Below the pieces are notes generated by a model, which worked only from the letters and a program-made list of their open reading frames with translations, did not search any database and was not told where the DNA came from. Below, one piece after another: positions 57,421-64,000 of a stretch of DNA of 64,000 nt. The position numbers and the translations under genes were made by a program. Source of the DNA: the human T2T-CHM13v2.0 reference genome, Homo sapiens; the NCBI RefSeq assembly GCF_009914755.1, contig NC_060934.1. One strand, written 5' to 3'. How positions within the stretch are numbered: position 1 is the stretch's first letter; every line of letters starts with the position of its first letter.

Positions 57421-58995
57421 TGATGGCAGCAGCACCCCATCTGGAGCAACCACTGCCATCACATCAGCTACAGCAGAGAAACATGGCCAGGAGCTGGGGA
57501 CAAGTGGGAACCATGCCTCTTCTGAGTTGGTGGAGTTGGAGCTTCCTGGGATCAGCTGCAGCAGCCCAAGTAGTGGCTCCAGACCTGGGCCTCCCACGCC
57601 ATGGAGCAGCCAGGAGACCTGTCCTTCAAGGTGCAGCTACAAATGCTCAAGCCATGGCTTCAGAGTCAGACATCTCTACACTCTTGGGGGCAAAGGAAAA
57701 ACCCCTAGGACCTTGCAGGCTTGGAGGTATCTTCTGCTCTCACTTCCTGGCTCCTCCCCACTCTTGACACCTGCTCTGGCCTTGGAGCAAGGTTGTGGGT
57801 AGGCCCAGGTGCTGTTGCAGGTGCTGTTGCAGCCTGGTGGGTGTGCACATGCTTGGGGCAGTGCTGACACACCAGTACCATGCTGCCTCTGGCACCTGCC
57901 CAGGCTTTGGGCACTGATGAGCATGGGAGGGAAGCTGAGGAACTGCTGAGGGCAGCTTGGCACTGGCCTGCAGGCATCCCTTGGCACAAATAGCCTGGGT
58001 GCCATGAATGGCAGCAGGAGGCAGACAGGTTCCCACCCCAAAGGGGCGGGGGGGTCCTTGGTGAGGCCCTACCTTCAGGCCAGGGAGGGTGTGAAGGCTG
58101 GGGTCTGGGCTGCCAGTCCCAAGGACCAGAGTGTAAACTTGTGATGCCTTTTCTGGGGCCACCAATGGCCTCTCATGGACCAATCAGTGTGCATTTCCCT
58201 CCTTCTGAGACCCATAAAAGCCCCAGGCTCAGCCAGAACTGAGCAGACATTGGGACGACCAACTGCAGAGAGCAGCTACCAACTCCAGGGCCTCATCACT
58301 TCTGAGAGATGCAGATGTCGGGATGCCCAGCTGCAGAATGGAGGTGCCCACTCCAGGACACCCTCTGAGTTATTCTGTCACTCAATATAGCTCCTCTTTG
58401 CTCACCCTCCACTTGTCTGTATACCTCATTCTTCCTGGAGGCAGGACAAGAACTTGGGACATGCCAAATGGCAGGGCTAAAAATGCTGTAACACAAACAG
58501 GGCTGAAACATGCCCCTTGCTCACCATGTTGTGGGTGACAAGAAGAGAGAAGAGAAAAAGAGCTGTGATTCTATGGGAACCCAGACCTGGGAGCTCCCCA
58601 GGTCAGAGCTGTGACTCCCGCTATGGGACCCTATGGTTCCTGGAGTCTGCACGCTTCCAGGCACAACTGTGTTCCCTTGTACCAGCCGTGGAAGCTATTT
58701 GTGGTGTGTCTGGTCCAGCCAAAGCCTTATAGTGACCTAGTACCCATGCTGGCACCTGGAGCTGCCTGTCCCAGCTACAGCAGCTGGTGTGCCTAACCGT
58801 GTGCAGTTAGCAGATCCCATACTCACTGGCTCACACACCCCTCGCCACTCCACTCCAGTCTCTTTGGAAGCATGGAATCCAGGCTAGTAGTGGGAGCTGA
58901 GCAGACCCAGTAGGCCCAAGCAAACTCGGGCAAAGGCACCACCAGCCACAGAGGTTTCCAGCCAGGAAAGCAACATCCCCAAGGATCCCATAACA
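57421..58995 (+). mobile_element. MER52 solo LTR (~1.6 kb) with 4-bp TSD
   Basis: GC-rich; starts 'tgatggcagcagcaccccatctggagc', ends 'aaggatcccataaca'; TSD ataa at 57417-57420 and 58996-58999. Confidence 0.9.
58043..58219 (+). promoter_or_regulatory. LTR core-promoter motifs in MER52 U3
   Basis: GC box ggggcggggg 58043-58052; CCAAT at 58162-58166 and 58180-58184; TATA-like cataaaa 58213-58219. Activity not shown. Confidence 0.5.
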
Positions 58996-61900
58996 ATAAC
59001 ATTAGCCCTCTTGCATGGGAAAGCTTTTATACAACCAGAAAAAATGCACTGGAAGTGACAATTGAATGAAATTCCTCTGTAAATGTTTTAATGGAGCATC
59101 AGGTAGCAAAATATACCTGAAGTTTTGATTATTTTCTCAAAAATATGGGTTTGATAAACCAAACTTTGGTCATTAACTATTTTAGCAACTTATAAGTCAC
59201 CACACCAATATATATTTGATTTGGATTGTTTTATCTTTTCTATGATGAGTCATGGGATGAAGAACCTTTCATAACAAAAGCTTTAAGGACTCAGGGAGGA
59301 CAAGGCAGTATCCTAGTTCTCCATAAGTCCATGTTTAACATTGGACTTATGCCCTCTTGAATACTCGACATTTTTCTAACTTAGGTACATAGCACTCATA
59401 ACTGATGGGTTATCATAAGTAATTTGACTTAAACTATGGAGTTTATTCAAATTGTATATCTAAACAATTTAAGGATTGGCTGATTTAGTATAAAAATTTG
59501 GCAAAGTGTTTTCTTGGTATTCAATTCATTTTGTTCTACTTGGGTTAGCAGTTTTATAACACAGTCAGTCTTTTCATCAAAGTTCCAGGAATTCTTATCC
59601 AGTTCAAATGATATGATTCTAAAGTTATCGGACCACCTGTATTCAAAAGTGCTTTTCAGAGTCCTTTTCATCCTTTCATGAACCTCCTAAGAGACACCAT
59701 ATTCTAGGATTTTATGCGATTGTGAAGTTTTCAGAAACTGCATCAGCATTAAGCAATTAACTGTAGAAATGACTTTAAAATTTTGTAGTTAAAGACATAA
59801 TTGACAAGGAAATTTGGTTATTTATTTGACCAATAATAACAACATAATAACCATAATTATAATTAATGGCATATACTTAGACATATTAGAATTTTATTAA
59901 TCCCATACAATTTTGGAACATGTATTAATATTATTCACTAAAATACAACCTGAAGAAGGTTAAACATTATCTTTTATTTTGACAATGGTTCCCATGTAAC
60001 AAAACATGCCAAATAATTCTGTTTACCTCTCTTTTGGATGCTTTAGCATCCCTCTGTAACATCCCAAATTTAAAGGTTAGAAAATATTATTTTAAAGCTA
60101 AAATTTGATTTTTGGAAGCCTATCAAATATGATAAGGGTGTAAAACACTTAATATTATGAAATAGAATTCCAGGTCATCATAAGTCATTCACTTAGCCAA
60201 AATGATGACTCAAAAATTTTTAAAAAGGAAAAAACCTTTACTCATTAATAGAGGGAAAACTTAGCTTTCCAAAAATCGTCTCTTATATTTCTCCCTTTTC
60301 TGCTGTAGTTTATTCAAAAAGTAAACAAAAATCTTTTATTATTCTTTAATATTACATGAACATCTTGTCCAAGAGAGAAAGCCAATCTTCACCTTTGCAT
60401 TAGTGTATTATTAATGTCAACCCCAATTCTAATAAAACTTTATAAACAACTTGATTAAATCTTAATCAGTTTTACCATAAGGTGAGATTCTCATAACCCT
60501 TTTATAACCCTTTACAAATTTTCTTAGGAAGCAGATGAGTGCTTTAAGAAAATCCTGTTGTGCTTTTATTTCAATGTTCAATTCATGGAAAAACTGAGTA
60601 ATATGCCCTAAAATTTAGTCAATATCTTCACATGCAAAATTTCTTTTACATGATTAATATTTTACAAACCTTCCACAATTTGTTTAAACATTTAGCTTTA
60701 TCTTACCTAATTTTAAACAGTCTTTAACCCACTAAACTAGGCAAATGCCTACTTTATAATATTTTATAATGCCTTCTTATAATATTTTACTAAAATCATA
60801 TTTTATTTTCTTACACACCTTGCATGTAAAACTGTTCTTTTTTCAGTAGTTTCAATTACATGTGATGATGGTAACTCTTAGCAATTTTAAATTTTGGTGA
60901 AAGATCTGATAAGTTATTTTAATTATGTACTAGTTGTGGACCCTAGGGCACCCAACAGAAGTGCAGATAGATAAGGTCCAACTCTATCCAGCATAGTTAG
61001 GAGTGTGGCTAACTCCACATACAGCTAGGCCTTACCTAGCTGTAAACCAGGCAAGTTTAACAATTTTCAAAAGCCAAAGAAAGTTTATAACCTTAAAGCA
61101 TTTAGCAAATGTAACATCTGACCTGCCTAATTTAGACCAATGTCTTTATTTTGCCAATAATCTTAAAACTCTTTGTTTCCCAAAGATTACTGAAGTCACG
61201 TGAACTAAAAGGCATTATAGCTTTTTTTCAAAATATTCTAAGTGCTTATTTTTTAAAACCAAATAATTAGAGCTTTTTATATAAACATCATACACTAACA
61301 CATATATAACTATACAGATGGACAGAAGAAGATCCAGTAGTTGTAGAATTTGTAGGATTTTTCATTTGCCAGTTTTTAAGTTTCTTAATTGGATTATGGG
61401 CTTTAGGGTGGAGTCCTTGGAGGAACAGGGGTAGGAAAACATGTAGTTTCTAGGGACTGATAAGCAGGCACAGCTAGAAGGCAAAAACAGGTCTCCAAAA
61501 TTATGAGTCCCATTTTAATATCTGATCTTAGATTCCAAAAAAAGGGGGAAATGTTAAGGGAGAAGACAGAGAAATGCTTTTACTGCATTTTATGCAAGGC
61601 AACCCAAAGCCAATCAGTCTGTTTTGTAATTAGCCCATCTTCCATGGGAATCTCATCTCTCAGTGGTGGGTGGTGACATTGCCATACCTTACAGATGACT
61701 AAGAGCATCTGTAAGTTTTTTTAGTCCAAATGTGCAAAGAGCTGAGTATCCCCCTATAACTGCCATTTGCCATCCCTAAAAGTATATTTAGCCTTGGATT
61801 TTGAGAGGGATCTACCCAAATCCCAGTTCTAGGGTTTCCTGAGGAAAACAGATGTTTTTCTCAAAACAGGGTCTGTGGTGCCTCCTCTGTTTTTCCCAAG

Positions 61901-62134
61901 GAGTCCCAAGCTGTTAGAGCTTGAATATCTGCTTTTAGTTAAGCTGACATTTAACCATAGTGCTCTTTAAAAAAAATTATTTTAAATCTCTTATTACCCG
62001 ACTATTGTCATACCAAGTGGCCAATATTTCTGGCCTTTAAACTTTACCAAAAGTAAACTCACAGGTGAAACCAACAAGCCTCAACTGCTTACCACCTCTT
62101 TGAAAATACCTTGCACACTCTTGGAAAGTAGAAA

Positions 62135-62281
62135 GAGGGACACTCTTACAATCCCACTCATGAGTACTCTAACCTCAGGTCCTAATCAGCTCCCAAAGGG
62201 ACCACCTCCTAAAATGAAGATAGGGAGATTAAGATTTCAACATATTAATTTGAGGGGGATGCAGAGATTCAGTCCATAACA
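62135..62281 (-). mobile_element. MLT1A-like LTR, 5' part only
   Basis: 'ctcccaaagggaccacctcctaa...tttcaacatattaatttgagggggatgcagagattcagtccataaca'. Confidence 0.7.
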
Positions 62282-62289
62282 AAAGACTA

Positions 62290-62930
62290 TTGTGTCCGAT
62301 GATAGTATTATATATACATTTCAGCCTTCTTAAGTAGTCACATAATATATCCTTTTTTATTCCTTTATTCTCAATCCATTTGTATTTTTAAATCTAAAGT
62401 TTCTCCTGCCAGCAGAATATAGTTTGATTCTGTTTTTTATTTTTGTTTTGCATTCAGTCCAACAATTTTTCAATGATTAGATTGTTTGATCTATTCACAT
62501 TTAGATTGTATTTATACAATTAAATTATGTCTGCCATTCTAACTTTTGTTTTCTGTCTCATAGCATTCTTCTCTCTAAAGCCTCTTGCTGCTTTTTTGTG
62601 TGTGTAATAACTTTTTTCTAATATAACATATTATAGTTTAGTTATTTTCACTATATTTTTAGTTATTTTATAAATTATTGCTATAAGACTTATATATCCA
62701 TCTTAAATACTACGTGTGTGCACAAGTACACAAACACATATATACACAGTATTTGTTATGTCAAACTTTTTATTTATTATTTCTCTGCATTGTTCTTGTG
62801 GATAGGAATTAGCATTCAAAGTTATTTCCTCAGCCCATATAGCTTTTCTTTCATCTATGTACATTGTGCTGGTATTGCTAAGTATATTGCATTTCTTTAT
62901 GTTATATAACCTGGAATATAGTTTGCTTTT
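62290..62930 (-). mobile_element. Old L1M fragment (ORF2 start/inter-ORF region)
   Basis: 'tttaaatctaaagtttctcctgccagcagaatatagttt', 'attcagtccaacaat', 'ctattcacatttag'. Confidence 0.55.
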
Positions 62931-62944
62931 TTTTTTCTAATGAT

Positions 62945-64000
62945 GCTTTCTTGTCCCAGTTTACAAGCCTGTCAGTTCACCTTTTTGAGGATCTGGTAAA
63001 ATCCATACCCCAGCAGTGTCCCTTATTTGTATCTCATATTCAAGGGTCACTATGCACCCATCCTCATTGCCCCAGTGCCAGGGACTAAAGAATGAGGGAT
63101 AGCCCCAATGCCTGAGAGTCCACCAAAATTATTCCAATTAGCCAGTCGACAAGGAGCCTGTGAAACCTAGCTAATCCCACCCAATTTGCCATACATAAGC
63201 TACCTGCTAAAGTTACACTTGGAGCTGCAAGCAACTATGAGTTTTGCCTTTCATCTTCCTGAGCGTCAGGAAAAAAAAAAAAGCTTTTTTTAACCAAAAA
63301 AATCTTTATATCACATACAACAATTGGTGCTGAGAGTAGGATGGCTGTGCCATCCCTATTGATTACTGAATAACTTCTTTGGGGAATTGCTCATGACTTA
63401 TTAATTGGCTTCAAACATCTTCTGGTGCAACATAGGATAGAACCACTGCTTGTTGGCAAAATTATACTTAGCACATTATGCTTGCTGTTGTGTTTGCTGA
63501 TATTTCCTTATCTTAACCTTACCCAAATGGTTTGGTAACATAAATCCCACAGTAATAATAATACATATGGCATAGTTTGATCGAATGATTTTCTGAGAGT
63601 AGAAGGTCCAAGGTGTGAGCAACCTCTTAAGAAATAGAAGCCAGAGCCTGAGCCATATCCCCTAGGATGAAGACTTCTGTGTTTTTGTGTCTGCCATATG
63701 ACTTTGTTTTATTTTAAAGTGTAAAATGTTTATCTCCAGTTTGTCTCTGGTGGTTATGCATCATGGAGACACAAGTATGACTCTAAAATTGAGAGAGATA
63801 ATGACTTCCTGACATATGATTTTGCATTGCTCATATAAAGGCGGTGTTATTACCCATCTTCTCTGACGGCAAATCTTACAACCATCACTAGAAAACTTCA
63901 TACTCCTTACACCTTCAAAGATATCTTGGGTTGCACTCTTGGAAGCCAGTAACTCAAAGTTTAATCCAATAGAACTTCTGCACAGGGATGAATGTCTCGT
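62945..64000 (+). mobile_element. Old ERVL-class LTR (to ~63322) followed by a PBS-like motif and probable internal sequence
   Basis: LTR-like sequence ends 'tacaaca', then 'attggtgctgagagtaggatgg', resembling a primer-binding site; family not resolved. Confidence 0.4.

Larger units (their letters stand above)
55740..62130 (-). mobile_element. MER57/MER4-group ERV1 internal region, 5'-truncated, interrupted by a MER52 LTR
   Basis: Continuous from the PPT; env remnant; flanks rejoin across MER52 as 'ctactgttataacattagccctc'; no 5' LTR seen. Confidence 0.8.

Noticed and set aside
57415-58796. Dense ORF cluster on both strands in GC-rich DNA; possible gene or CpG island
   Set aside because: All lie within the MER52 LTR; stop codons are rare at high GC, CpG is depleted and no domain is recognisable

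Overview
AT-rich, CpG-depleted primate (human/ape-like) non-genic DNA. It carries AluJ/AluS, L1PA, THE1 and MER52/MER57 elements; I see no AluY or L1HS. Most of the window is interspersed repeat. I find no supportable host protein-coding exon, RNA gene, CpG island or CRISPR array. Every ORF with a recognisable product is a retroelement remnant (L1 ORF2, Alu-derived frames); a broken env frame was read by hand. I did not find a convincing novel biological system. The most unusual structure is a cluster at ~15.6-16.04 kb that looks like a fixed multi-step template-switching scar. It contains a 97%-identical 137-bp copy of an old MLT1 LTR 1.6 kb upstream, fused to a 22-bp copy of another nearby site, followed by a 31-bp-arm fold-back inversion and preceded by a perfect 21-bp tandem duplication. 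Other highlights: an apparently full-length ancient L1MB (~8.6 kb) splitting a MER58A DNA transposon, with recognisable TSDs; a clean twin-primed L1PB inside it; a 5'-truncated MER57 provirus with a readable env TM remnant; and a MER52 solo LTR retaining GC/CCAAT/TATA-like boxes but with a mutated poly(A) signal. Repeat subfamily names come from recall of consensus sequences, and boundaries of old repeats are approximate; confirm both with RepeatMasker/Dfam.
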